NCBI GenBank assembly: GCA_030704615.1
Contig: CM060732.1
Span: 71,486,001-71,550,000 of the forward strand
Origin: Takakia lepidozioides
Lineage: Eukaryota; Plantae; Bryophyta
DNA: 64,000 bases
Reading direction: 5' to 3'
Shown here: one piece after another, positions 51,622 through 64,000 of the stretch
Layout: every line of letters begins with the position of its first letter
Position numbering within the stretch: position 1 is the first letter of the stretch
The notes under the pieces: model-generated
Seen by the model: only the letters and a program-made list of their open reading frames with translations
The model's database searches: none
What the model was told of the DNA's origin: nothing
Translations under genes and position numbers: made by a program

Positions 51622-53280
51622 GAACATGAGCAATCTTTGCTCATCACTTAGAACATAGACACTTGAATCTACTTTGCACTCCTCACATCTCTTCACAAAG
51701 TATGACAGCAGAATTTTCATCCACATGTTGTCGGGCAGAAGTGAATGGATTTACTTATTCCAAACTCTCAATGTTTGCTTAAAGCCATACATGGACTTTA
51801 AAAGCTTGCACACTAAATTCTTTTCTTTTGCGCTCTCAAATCCCACAAGTTGCTGCATATAAACTTCATCCTCCAGTTTTCCATTCTAAAATGCAGACTT
51901 AAAATCCATCTTAATGAATCTCTAAGTCCTCTATAACACTACAAGCAAACTATTCATCAGATGATAATCTTTGTGGTACCTTATTATTAACTCGATTGGA
52001 TTTCTTTCGGAGTATTGTTTCTTCTCCATCACTTTCTTATGGCTAGTCCCGTGATTCACGAAACTCGTCTTCATAGAGTACATCCGAATTTGCTATATGT
52101 TCCTCCTCATCACCATTATCATTACCAACATGGATTGTTTTGAGATATTTTTCATACATTTCTTCATCAATTGATTCAAGGTCAATGTTGTTAGGACCGG
52201 TGATAGTTTCTTCAAAGAATTATCCTTTTTGGGATTCTGTTTCATTTTTCTCATCATCTAGAAAACCATGTCTTCATGGCTTGTATCTAGGTATGTCCAA
52301 CATAACCCCAATGTCGAGATCGACATAAATTCATGTTAATGAAGAACGAGTTGTTCTTCATTGAATAAATTAAATTGGTCTCATATTTGGCCATGACGTG
52401 TATCTAGGCATTGTACAAAATACCCACAAAGTATTAGTATGAGAAAAATTCATTTCAATGCTACTGAAAATCACTTCTTGTGTGTTCTCATCGAATAATT
52501 TGTATGCCTTGAAGTTTGTCTCGAAATATCCTATTATTATGCATTCCATGTTTTTGGATTGAAGCTATTTACTTATTGTTTTATCAGGTTTATGTGCATA
52601 AGCGTTACTTCCAAATATCACAATATATTGTCTCACATACGGCTTTCGCCCACTCCACATTAAACCCTCTAGTGTCTTTCCAGAACAGTCATAATCAGAT
52701 TTTTTGCTCTTAGATACACTATTGTAGATATTGCCTCTACCCAGAAGTTCACATGCATTGTTTTTTAAAATAACATGCTATTTATTGCTTCACAAGAGTT
52801 CTGTTCAACCTTTAGTAACTTCATTTTGCTACATATAATAAGTTATTATCTGCTGATTTACAATCCCCCTCCTTTTTCAAAAAGTCCTTAAACTCTTTGG
52901 ATATAAACTCTTATCCGTTGTCACTTCTTAATGTCTTTAGTTTTTTCTTTGTTTGCTTTTCAGCATAAGCTTGGACTGTTGAAACTTACTAGAAGTTTTC
53001 GACTTGTTTTTTATGAAGTAGCAAGAGGTCCTATGTGAGTTATCATTGACGAAGATGACACAATATCTTGTATCTCCAAGTTGAAAGAATGTTTGATAGC
53101 CTCCACTCATCATTGTGTAGCAATTGAAAAAGCCTGGTTTGGGTTTTTTATTATTTTACTATTTTATTTCTGTAATAATTCTCTCCCTGCTTTCCCATCA
53201 GATACTCCTTACACATATCTGCCATTTTATCTACACAATGTCATTTTTTAGAAGCTGCAAATTCTTGATTGCCTAAATCC
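51622..53280 (-). mobile_element. Ancient Ty1/copia relic (integrase and partial RT)
   Basis: Minus strand LKTLRSDNG*EF...FWVEAISTIVYL (integrase) upstream of MDFKSAF*NGKLEDEVYMQQ...VCKLLKSMYGFKQ and DSSVYV (RT). INT-before-RT order is copia-type. AT-rich and riddled with stops. Confidence 0.85.
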
Positions 53281-55103
53281 TTGCTACGTTGTCCTTAAAA
53301 CACATCACCTCTAGCATATAAGTATGAGCAAGAAACTAGCCCATGATCCATAGCCTCCACTCCTCTGAGGTTACATAATTTACAACAATTACTTGGGGGC
53401 CATATGAATAGAGAAAGGTAAGATGTAGCTGTACAAACACCAAAGGAAAGCATTGTGCCACCATCCAAACATTCTTCTATACCTATTTCCAGTCCTAAGG
53501 TAAAATGTCCAAATGATGTCATTTATCACAGCTTTTGAGAGCAACCCCCGCTCGATTTCAACATTTGATGATTCAGTTTAGTCTGTCATGGCTCATGTCA
53601 TGGTTACATTTCGATGACCCATTTAAACATATATTATAGGTCTCCGTTCTTTTTTTGAAAATCATAAATAGTAAAAATAAAACTATGACTGCTGCAAATA
53701 ACCATGACACATTTTCATATTATAAACTTTGATACGTGACACTCAATTGTTTTGGCATAAATTCATGAATATTAATACGTCATATAATTGAAACAATGCC
53801 TCCATGAAAAATTATTTTGAAGATCTCGTTATTTGGCATTGCAAAGATTAAGTAAAACTAACCATACATTCATGGCACACTATTGAAGTAGTTTGAGCAT
53901 AATAAACAATGGAATCAAACAATCAATTACCAACAATATAGGAGTAGTCTATATCCCTTGGGTGGAATTATAAGATTAAAAATTTAAAGAGATGAATTAT
54001 AGCACTTCAAAAACAAATGTGAAGTTTAGAAACAAAATACAATTTAGTACAGTTCTTCACATCGATAGAAAAAATAAAATTATAATAACAAAAAATCGAC
54101 TGCAAGGATCATTTTTTTTTAAAGTACTTATATTGGTACATTGGATCAAGAGCCATGATCAGTCACAAAATTTCAAAATGACAGATATTGGAGAGGTGAA
54201 ATACTCCATAGGTGTTTAAGTGGTAGTGAAGCTATAGTACGTGATTGTAGCTATACCATTACTTCAAATACTCCCACTCGGGCAACTTGAAGCTTTCTGA
54301 GTCATAAAGGTTAGTACTTGCAAAAAAAGTTTTGCCCAAACAGAGAAGCTGATTACTTGTTCAACATTGCAGTTTAGAATCAGCGCCTCAAAAAATCTTT
54401 GATCAGCTAGAATTCAATCTTTAATTCCCTCCCTTGCATGTTTCGTAGCTTGAACTTTTCAAAATTTAGCTTGCCAAGATGGCTAGTCTCGAGTTGTACC
54501 CATCATTTGAAAATTTTATGGTTTTATGTAAATGGATGAATCATGTTTATATTTTATTACATATATAAATATTTACTTTTCAAACAATTCCTTACAACAC
54601 CACGACTATTATAAGAGATTGAGATTCCACCAAAGACACTTTACATCAAAATTCTTCATTCATAAAACAATTTAATTCATCAACTTAGTATGGTTCACAA
54701 CTTGATCATATTTCGACAAGTGCCCCGTCCATCGCTAAACCAAGAATGTATATATGGGACTATTTAATCATATTGGATTAATCACAAAGCAACATTTATT
54801 GTTTCTAAACTATCTACTAGTCACACCATATTAGTCACCATTTTTTCAATATAATAATATTTTATATAATTTTTTGTAATTACCATTGGTGCCCATGCTA
54901 TTCGTCATTGGGCCTTTGCCGGAATAGTTGTTTTTCTAGAAAAAGAGATCCGACATGCTTTTGGAATTTTTGTGGTGCTATCGCTAATCACGATATTGAA
55001 GTACAATTATGATCCAAGTGTGTGAGTAGACTATATTCTCTAGAGATGACTCAAGTGATTCGGAGACTAGTTTTAGTGTAGAGGAGGAATAGGGTGCCAT
55101 AGT

Positions 55104-55230
55104 GCCACATCATCATCAGCCCCATCATCATCGTCGTCATTTTTAAGCTGCCAAAAAACATTGAATTTTTAAAATTGTCAGCCACATCATCATCATGCCA
55201 CATCATCATCATCAATTTTTAAGCTGCCCA
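55104..55230 (+). repeat. GCCACATCATCATC...TTTTTAAGCTGCC repeat cluster, with another copy at 58689-58720
   Basis: Two units at 55104-55152 and 55181-55229, and one at 58689-58720, bracketing the LINE. Probably subterminal repeats of a DNA element that the LINE interrupts. Confidence 0.7.
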
Positions 55231-55264
55231 AGAGAAGTAAAAAGCAGAAAGCAAAATACTGGTT

Positions 55265-57990
55265 GAGAGCGTCTTCAAGCTCCATAATAGTGAATTCTAC
55301 TTCCAAGGGTAACAATAAATCGCCAGGCCTAGACGGCCTACCAGTGGAGTTCTATAAGGCCCTTTGGCCAGCAATAGGGTACGATTATCGTGAGATGGCA
55401 AACGCTATCAAGGCCGTCGGTGTCATCCACAAGTTATGACGCAGGGGGTCATCACACTTCTTTTTAAAAAAGGAGACAGGGCCAGCATTGGAGACTACAG
55501 GCCAATCACTCTCCTCAATGTTGCCTATAAAATCATTGCGAAATCCCTGGCTCTCGTCTTCAGCCCCTTCTCCCAACAGCCATTAGAACAGGCCAAGCTG
55601 GGTTTATCAAGGGTACATATATTCTAGACAATGTTCTCTTGGCGCAAGAGGCTTCCAACTTCGCATCCGCTTTTGGCCAAGCCTTGGCCCTCTGGCTATT
55701 GGATTTTGAAAAAGCATTTGACAGAGTGGACTGGTCTTTCCTCACGACAGTACTCCGCAAATCTGGTCTGCCAGAGGGCTTCTGTCAGTGGGTTCACATT
55801 TTGCTAAATGGTGCCTCAAGCAGACTGATAGTCAATGGCCACCTCTCCAAACCCTTCCCTCTGCAAAGGTCGATCAGGCAAGGATGCCCTCTAGCCCCAT
55901 TCCTTTTCCTTTTCATGGCGGATGCATTGGGCTACATGCTAGAAGCCAACCCCATGGTCAAAGGGCTTAAAATCCAAAATCCCAGAACCTGCCAATGCAC
56001 GGAGGTAAAGGACTCCATGTTCGTCGACGACACCTTCCTTCTGATGGAAGCTTCTCCCTCATCTCTATCTGCTGCAGAAAAAACACTCATGGAATTTTGT
56101 GCTGTCTCCGGGTTTAAGGTCAATTGGTCAAAGACCAGAGCCCTTTTGTTGGGAGACACCTCTAGATCTACAATCGGGGTTTTGCCAACCTGGGGGGATC
56201 ACTTAGGTCTCGTCTGGCTTAAGGATGGTGAGACTACTAAGTTGCTAGGCCATACATTTGGTATCAATATCTTTGAAGAGCAACGATTAGGCCCAACCAT
56301 CCAAAACCTCAAGAGGCAGCTAGCTTATTGGGGCTCGCGTTATCTTTCCATTACTGGAAGAGCTTTGGCTGCCAACCAAGTCCTTCGAGCAAGTATTTGG
56401 TACTTTGCTTCCTGTTGGGTCCCCAACTCCACAACAATCAAGGAGGTTAAGAGGTGCATCAGGAATTTCATATGGGGGGCCACAGACTCTACACAAAACA
56501 AGCGACCCCAGGTAGCCTGGCATCAAATCTGCCTTCCGAAGAAGCTGGGGGGGTTGGGAGTGCTTGATCCGGACACCCAAATCAAGGCTCTTTGGGAAAA
56601 TGGCTCCCAAGATTTCTTGGGCCAAAAGGGGGTTGGTAGAAGCTCATTATTTCATCCTCCTCTCCTCTTCAGACCTCCATCTGGTCAGCTTCCTACTGTT
56701 GGATCACCCAGGGCTTCAACCATAAGTCCCCAGGCTCTCCTCTATGGGCTGCATGGACTGCTTCAGGACCTTTCTCAAGAAACAGGAACCGGCTACCTTT
56801 CATGAAGTATTGAGGCAAAATCTCTTTCTGAACTCTCACATTCTAGTTGTTGAGGAAATGAGTCAGGTTAAGAGATGGGCAGGATGGGAAGCCAGCGGTG
56901 TCTCCACTGTAAAGAACCTTTGGGATACCACACCTGACTCCTTGGAGCAGGCTCTGGGAGCCCGTCACCTGAGGGCTGGAATCTCTTCCATCATTGCCTC
57001 CATCTCAGACTCGTGGAAACTGATACTAAGAGATGGACCAGCTCCCCTCTCCCCTCATAGCTGGGTTCTCTCTAATTCCCCTTCTCCTCAAGTCCTCTAC
57101 CTTACGGAAGCTCTGGACGACCTCATCTCGGGCTATGCCTTCAAGGTGGATGACTTCTCCGGAATTCTTACCCTGTCATCTCTCCAATCCATTACTCTCC
57201 CCTCCGCTTCAGCCACTGTTGCCCGGGTCTGTCTTTGGTCAAGCCCATCGAAGATCCTTAATCCCGCTGTCCCTATGGACTCTGCCCTCATTCCATGGCT
57301 AAATCGTAACACATTCACACTGATAGGAGGCTCTGACATCCTTGCCATGCAATTAGACCCGGCTGATTGGAAGTGGGCTTTCGGAAACGAACTCTTACCC
57401 TTCTTCTCATACACTGCCAATAAAGCATAAAGGGCCTTGCTTGATGCCAAACCATTATCGGACAAATGGAATGGCAGATGGGATCAATAAAACTTCACTG
57501 ATGAAAACTGGAAATCCATCTGGGGTCTAATCTGGAGAAAATGCAAGCCAGCAAAGATCAGCGTGTTTTTGTGGCAAGTTGCCAATAGGGTTATCAAAGT
57601 TGGGCAATTTCTAAACTTTGCGGATGCACTACTCTGTCAATGTTATACCATAGGTAATTGAAACCATGGAGCACTGCCTCTTGCACTGCGTGGCCCCCAC
57701 CGCCATCTGGCCCTTGGTGCACACATTTTATAGAACTTGGGGACATCTGCCTACCTCTTCTGTGGCTATCTTGCTAAATTATAACCAGACTCGGAAAACT
57801 GTGGCATCTAACTGTCCGGTTTTGGAGACCTTGAGAAGCTCTACTCTTTGGTATTTATGGAGATGCTGTTGTGCATGGGCCCTTGGCAATGAAAATACCT
57901 CTCCATCGGCCCTCCTTTACCTCTATATTCTTTGATCTTACTGTGGCTGCTAAGAAGGCTTGGGCGAAATTGTGTGCACAGAGGTCGCCA
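55265..57990 (+). mobile_element. 5'-truncated LINE (L1/Tx1-like) ORF2: RT and C-terminal zinc-binding region
   Basis: NKSPGLDGLPVEFY, YRPITLLNVAYKIIAK, LDFEKAFDRVDW, IRQGCPLAPFLF, MFVDD, GFKVNWSKT, PKKLGGLGV, ETMEHCLLHC. Several frameshifts; no endonuclease domain. Confidence 0.93.
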
Positions 57991-60900
57991 GGAAGCCTGA
58001 GTGTTAGCCAACACTCCTCCAGGCCTTCAGAGGGACTTGGGGGAAGGAGGGACTCATTTGTAGTTGCGATTTTGATCTCTCCTGCGCTTGGGCGAATAGA
58101 CCTCCTTCATGCTGGCAGGGGTTCAGATCCGGCCTCTTCAGGGCGTCCCCGGAGTTTGACGGCTCTGATATTAATTGGAAGCATGTCAGGGCCTCCTCCA
58201 TGGCAAAGCCGCACTTTCATAGATAGATAGCTCTTCTTGCTTTGAAGGTTGTCATAAGGCTGTTCACACGGGGAACCCATGCATGATAACTTAAAACGGT
58301 GTTACTCTCTTTCCAGAACGGAAGACTCTGAAATCATTGTGCCAAATGAAGGCCCGATTGACCAGCAATCAGTGCATGGATCCCCGCACCGGGGTGTTGA
58401 ATTTCTGCTCATTGCAGGAGCCATGGTCTGGGAGAAGAATCTAAAGAAAAAGAAGGGAGAAGAGTGAGTGAAGGAGAAGGAATTGTGAGGAGGGTGAAAT
58501 GTGGGAGATTGTTGAACTAGTAGAGGGAGAGAGAGGGGCGTAGAGGAGAGAAGTGGCAAAGACAGCCGGAAGGGTTTTAATTTTTTTTCCTTCAATAATT
58601 TTAATAAAGCTCCAAAGAGCTTCATCCCACTTCTCAAAAAAAAAAAAAAAACACAAAACAAAACTGAATTTTGAAAAACGTTATCATCGCCACATCATCA
58701 TCATCATTTTTAAGCTGCCCTAGAAAAGGAGAAACTGAATTTTTAGAATCGTTTTTGCGAATGTGCTCAAAATATTACTTTATTCCTTTCTTTAGTTTCT
58801 TCACTGATTCAATGTAAATGTTACAGCACTTATATATATAAAAGAAAGGGAGTGGATACCCTTGAACTTTATAAAAAGGGTGGACAAGATGTCCCAATAG
58901 TACAAGAAGGAAAAAAATACCCTTTGTGAAAGTGCCATAGTTGTGTTGGAGCAAGTGTTTTTTCCTTTTTTCAAAAGACTGGTGGAACACCCGACAAGGC
59001 ACCAGGATTTGACTGTTAGTGACCAGAGTGACTACTTCAGTCAACAATGTCCAAGAAAATGTAATGGGTTCAATGTAATGGGACGGTTGTATTCAAGCAA
59101 TATAAAAAATGTGGAAATGGGTTTTTAAAAAATTTAATACAGAACAGGGGATCCACAGGGGAAACGGTTCTTTTGGAAAAGGATAGGACGTTGCAAACAT
59201 CAAGCCAAAAGATGTTTGCATTTAAGGAAAAACATTTCAGCAATTTCGAGAAAAATAAAAGACAATGATGTGGCACTTTGGACCCTATTCCTCCTCTACG
59301 CTAAAACTAGTCTTCTACTTTCGTGTATAGGGTTGCAGTCCCTGAATGCCTCATTGCTCATGAATGAAAATTTTCCCCCTCCTTTACTTTATAATTTAAG
59401 GAAAAAAACAAATCGCTTTAACTTGGGCATAAGTACGAGACAACATTCATCCAAAGTTCAGTGACATGCTGAGCTCATCCGCCGTGGTATGGATGTTGGA
59501 CAGCTCTGTTAGCAAGTTCCAAACTCAAGAAGTAAGTAATGACGAGGCAGCGACGCAGTAAATGTGAATTGGCAAACGAGTGATGGCTAAAAGTAGCAAC
59601 TTACTAATGCTGGCACCCCGCATTCAAGTTACCGCGCTGTCATCTAGGAAACCCCATCAGGCGTAAGTGCGCGGCCGCTGTTTGGCCGGGCCGATGGAAA
59701 CGCCCGCGAGCAGAATGTCGGGCCGGGTCAGAGCTGACCCCGGTGATGCGCACGTGCCTTGCTGGCTACAGCCTGGCACCGTGCACAACCGCTTGCAGCC
59801 GGTCACCCCTGCGACATTGCGACGAGGTTTAGCGACTGTTGCATAATTGCTAGACGTGTTCATCCATGGATGACAACCTGCGGCCGCCTCATCCTATCAT
59901 TACCTGGGCACTGCCCCGACTGCCCTAGCCGACGAATGAGATTATTATTTATCGATGGGAACGGATCCCAATACCTGAAAATAATGTGTATGGATGATGT
60001 TGGAATCTCACAGAAGTTACTGTTCTAGACGTAAGATTTTTCAATAAAGTCTTGCTGAAAAAGTGGTAAAGGTATGCATAGCTGGGGAGGTGGGGCCCCA
60101 GAAGAATTGCAGAGTGGGGGCCTAAAAAATGCCTGCTTGAGCTTCACTAATGGGCACACAAGGGCATTGCATGTTGGTAACAATTACCCAAAAAAATATC
60201 CGGAAAGTTGCAACCTAGTAAGTTCATAGTTCATAGTCCCTCTTTCTTCTTTTAAAAAAAAAAAAGGTTCATAGTAATAAGTTAGGGAGTGGAATTTTTT
60301 TGTTAGGGATATAAGCGAGACAATCCCGATTCCCAAGGTGAAGAAGGATATGGCTCCAGGGTGTCTCCCATCAAATAAATATAGTGGACAAAAGGTGGAA
60401 AGGACAGAGAAGAGAGATGGGCAAAAGTGGGTCAGGGCCGGGATGACCGCCTCGGAATGTTTTCTCGGGAAGGACAGTCACACAACCGGCAACTAAGTTA
60501 CTGCGACCCGTGCTGGCCGCCGGTCGGGCTTGTCGGGCTCTTCACCCCCTGCAGCCAGTCACCCCGGCGGCTTGCGTCCTTGTTGTCGATGCAGCGACCG
60601 GGCGTGGCCGGTCGCCGCGCGGGCCCGCGCGCCCGGTATCTAGGTACGCTTGTCGCGTCCTGCCGCCGCCGGCGACGGGTCAGGCGCGGGGGATGAACCT
60701 CGGCTGCAGAAGTCGATGAATGTATGGATTTGATGCATGGATGAATGGATAAGGGTGGGATTTCTCAGTTGGCGAAACCGGGTGCCCCGGTCCGAGGGCA
60801 GCGGCGGCGCCCGGTGGACGGGAATCCCCGGCACTGGTCGGGAAGTGACCCGCGCGCGGGAATCCGGGACCGTTGGGCAGCCGCCGGGCGGACCGACGGT

Positions 60901-63900
60901 CGAGGGGTGTGGCGGCCAGGCTCTGCCGCGCTTCATGTGCCGGCTGCGTGTCTGCGTTTGTGTGTGTCTCTGTGAGAGTACTTACGTTGATGTCAGCGTG
61001 TCTGATCAGGTGCGAGGTTGGCTTGCATCTGGGAGCATTCGTCCAGCTGTTTTTTGAATCTCGCAGGGGAAATGGATTGGGAGGATGCCAGGCTAAATGC
61101 AGGCTTCATTCAAACTTCGACCCTGATCATTACCCAAATGTTTCTTTTTTGTTTTGTATTTTTGGAATGTCTATGTCCCCTAGTGGCTGATATTTTGGGG
61201 TAGTTTATTTAATGATTCCAGTGGGAGGAACAAGGGGGAGTGGGGCCAGCACCAGCTGGCTGTGTCCTGTGTCCCACCTGCGTCCCACTGCGTCCCACCT
61301 TTCGGAAAACAGCAAGGAAGCCATCACGCGCACACCCTGCTGCACAGACACAAGCAGAGATGGATGATGTGAGCGCGAGTACGGGGGCGGAGATATGCGA
61401 TCTGCGAGTAATAAGTGAGGGAGGGGGGCATCGCAGTGAATGCAGTGTGCGGGTGATGATCGCGCGCTTCGCTTTTCAAATGCTTCCCGCGCAGCGACGT
61501 ACGTCGCAACTGACGGAGCCGGCTGGCTGGCCGTGAGGCGACCGGCTATAGCGGGTGGCGTGCTCCCGGAACGTAGTGTCAAGGGTGTCAGGCACATGCC
61601 GCCCTGTCACGGCTACAGGTACGTCTCTCACCGGCTAGCAGGTACGGGGCGACTGGCTATCGGCTGTTAGTCGCGCGTCTAGTGCACGCAGTCCTTGCAC
61701 GTACGTCTGGCAGGGGCAGGTAGTACCTCCGCTGGAACAGATCGTATGTACTGTGGTATTTGTGTATTTGTACTGGGGATGGATGATATTCTGGTCATAC
61801 TGGAAATATTCTCGTAACATGCATAGACAGTCGAGAAATGTACGGCTCAATTAATCAATCCATTTTTAAATATTTTTTTAATCTCTTTATCCATATATAT
61901 TATCTGATGTCCCACAAAAAAATCCCCTGTTTCCTCCAAAACAAGAGGAAAAAAAAAGAAAAAAGAAATGTTCCTGGAAGGTCACTGGCCTCACAAATGG
62001 CATATGCAAGCACAAGTAGGTTGAGAAAAAAGAGGAGAAAAGAAAGTAGGGAGTGTGGAGGTAGGGAGAGTCCATTCAAGCATTCATGGCTGCTTTATGG
62101 GCGGGACAATGATTCAGTCATTCAGGCCCTACACTCAGGCACCAGTCCTGTTGGACAGGTCCCATCGGACGGCAAGCCAACAAAGATTACCGTACGCTAT
62201 CAGAGATTTCAATTTTTTCGAATTCGGCACTTCCGCGTATATAGTATTTCTGAAATTTGGATATTGCTACGGCTGCTCCGTCTCCTCCTCCTCGCATCTG
62301 GCTTTGCTCTCGCAATAATCTTTTTACTGTACATACCCAAGATCACGGAAAGGATTAATGGGTGTAGCTTTCAGCAGAGACCCTTGTTATTGATGCTTTA
62401 CATCCTTGCAGCGAGATCCTTGCGACTGCCAGGACCCTTAATTAACAAGAAGGCACAGGCACGTCATCTCAGATTCAATTCATTTCCTATTTTGTCTACA
62501 ACCTTATGAATTTGGATAGGAGAGTAGCTGCGGAGACTCTTAGCAACCTTGGAATTTATGCATTGCAGTTTGCAAACGTTTTAGTTGTACGACGTTAGCA
62601 GCATTGGCTAGTTAATTTGCTCGGTGGAATGTCGAAACAGACTTCAGATGACATTACAGCTTGCAGGCTTTTCTGACTCCATGCGTTCGACAGCCTGGTC
62701 ATGTCAAGCCTGCAATTTCTGAACCCGGACTGTAATCCAGGTTTGGTTTTCTTTGGCAAGCTTTTGCTTCAAACTGCCATTCAAACCTCCAGAGCAGGAT
62801 CATCAAATCGTTCTGTAGAGGTGCCATCCCAAGCTTGCATCCGCAGGTGAAAGTGATTTGGAAATTAAGCGATGCTGGAATGACATCAGAGTTTTGGTAG
62901 AAGATTAAAATTCTTTCAATGCGAAGCGTTTAGCCTCTCGCTATGGTAGAAGTCCTCTTCTTCTCCTGTGGGCGATTAAGGATTCACGGTTCCGGTGTAA
63001 AGACAGGATTCCACCTTTGCATACCTCTCTGGATTTGAACGAGGGCGGGTACATATAATCCATAACATATAAGTAGGTATGAACATAAATCTGATCCAAT
63101 AATCTTCGTAGGTCTTGCTGGTTAGGACCACCACCTCCTCAAGCGAGGGGCAAACAGATGCAGACTCGGGCATCCGGCAGGCCCTGTTCCTAAACTCTGT
63201 TTCGGAATCCCCGAAAACAATTCATACTAAATTCGGCTAAGTCTATAAAGTTTCCCAGATCCGTCTTCTCGTACACTGAATAACATGAAACTCAGCTTTC
63301 GTTTACACAAATGCTAATTCATCCATCGAAGGTTCAGCGTCAAACTTTTTCGGGATCCATCTACGTGGCTTTGACCAAACAACGTGTGTTCAGCAACGTG
63401 ATTTCGGCCGAGCTCCATGCTGCCCTACATATCCAACATGCCATGCAAGCATGTTCTACATTCGCACTGTGCACCGGACCCCACTAGTTATCGTGCGATG
63501 ACCCACAAAACCGACAGTGCTACACAATCCTAGCGACTTAATCCTAAACAACATGATGGGCTAGTTTAGTTAGTTGATATCCACTTGCTTTCTCCGCACT
63601 CTAGCAGACAGCTACATCATAGTCGCGCCGTTATAGCAACAGTCCAGCCTCCGAGGGAATTTCTCGGCCTACGCAGCGTGATGCACAAACCTGCCCTGTC
63701 GTGGGCCCAACGCATAATCTCGTTGAATTTCTCTTCTCGCTCGTGAGTTCTAGAAGTTCTCGCACTCAACCAATTCTTTTCCTCTTTTCTTTGAAACCAA
63801 ATCGATCATAATTCAGTTGTCAGTCGTCCCTTGTTTTGGATGAATGTCGTGGAATTAAATTGGCAAGCAGTGCATCAAGGCTCCATAAATGGCAACAGTG

Positions 63901-64000
63901 AAGATGAAACTCGAATAGTAGAAAGTGAGGCCAAACTTACGCAGGCTGCTCATAACTAATCTGTCCACGCTTTTGGGAGGCCTGCCAGACAGCCATCAAT

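Noticed and set aside
61100-61111. CAGGCTTCATTC, a partial miR166 match
   Set aside because: Only 12 of 21 nt match and no hairpin partner is visible.
61838-62509. 223-aa plus-strand ORF
   Set aside because: Runs through AT-rich and poly-A low-complexity sequence with no recognisable domain; likely spurious.

Overview
Eukaryotic, land-plant-like genomic DNA with GT-AG introns; the species cannot be determined from the sequence (a non-seed plant is a guess). The first ~21 kb holds three spliceable genes: SAP18 (57-2900 +, 6 exons), a plastid-type omega-3 fatty acid desaturase (FAD7/8-like, 4784-8643 -, 8 exons) and a Gly-rich, LEA-like orphan with an ABRE-rich promoter (19528-20331 -). It also holds a tRNA-derived SINE and a long decayed reading frame. 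From ~21 to ~59 kb the window is a nest of transposons: a CACTA element with nested insertions, a young Ty3/gypsy chromovirus (44561-51513, with TSD, LTRs, PBS), Copia and hAT relics, and a 5'-truncated LINE. The main discovery is a Ty3-type retrotransposon relic whose pol frame carries a DNMT3-like C5 cytosine methyltransferase directly after the aspartic protease (33052-34463 -). Second, in both Ty3 elements the protease-containing block is inverted relative to the reverse transcriptase. All translations and coordinates were read by eye; no database searches were run.
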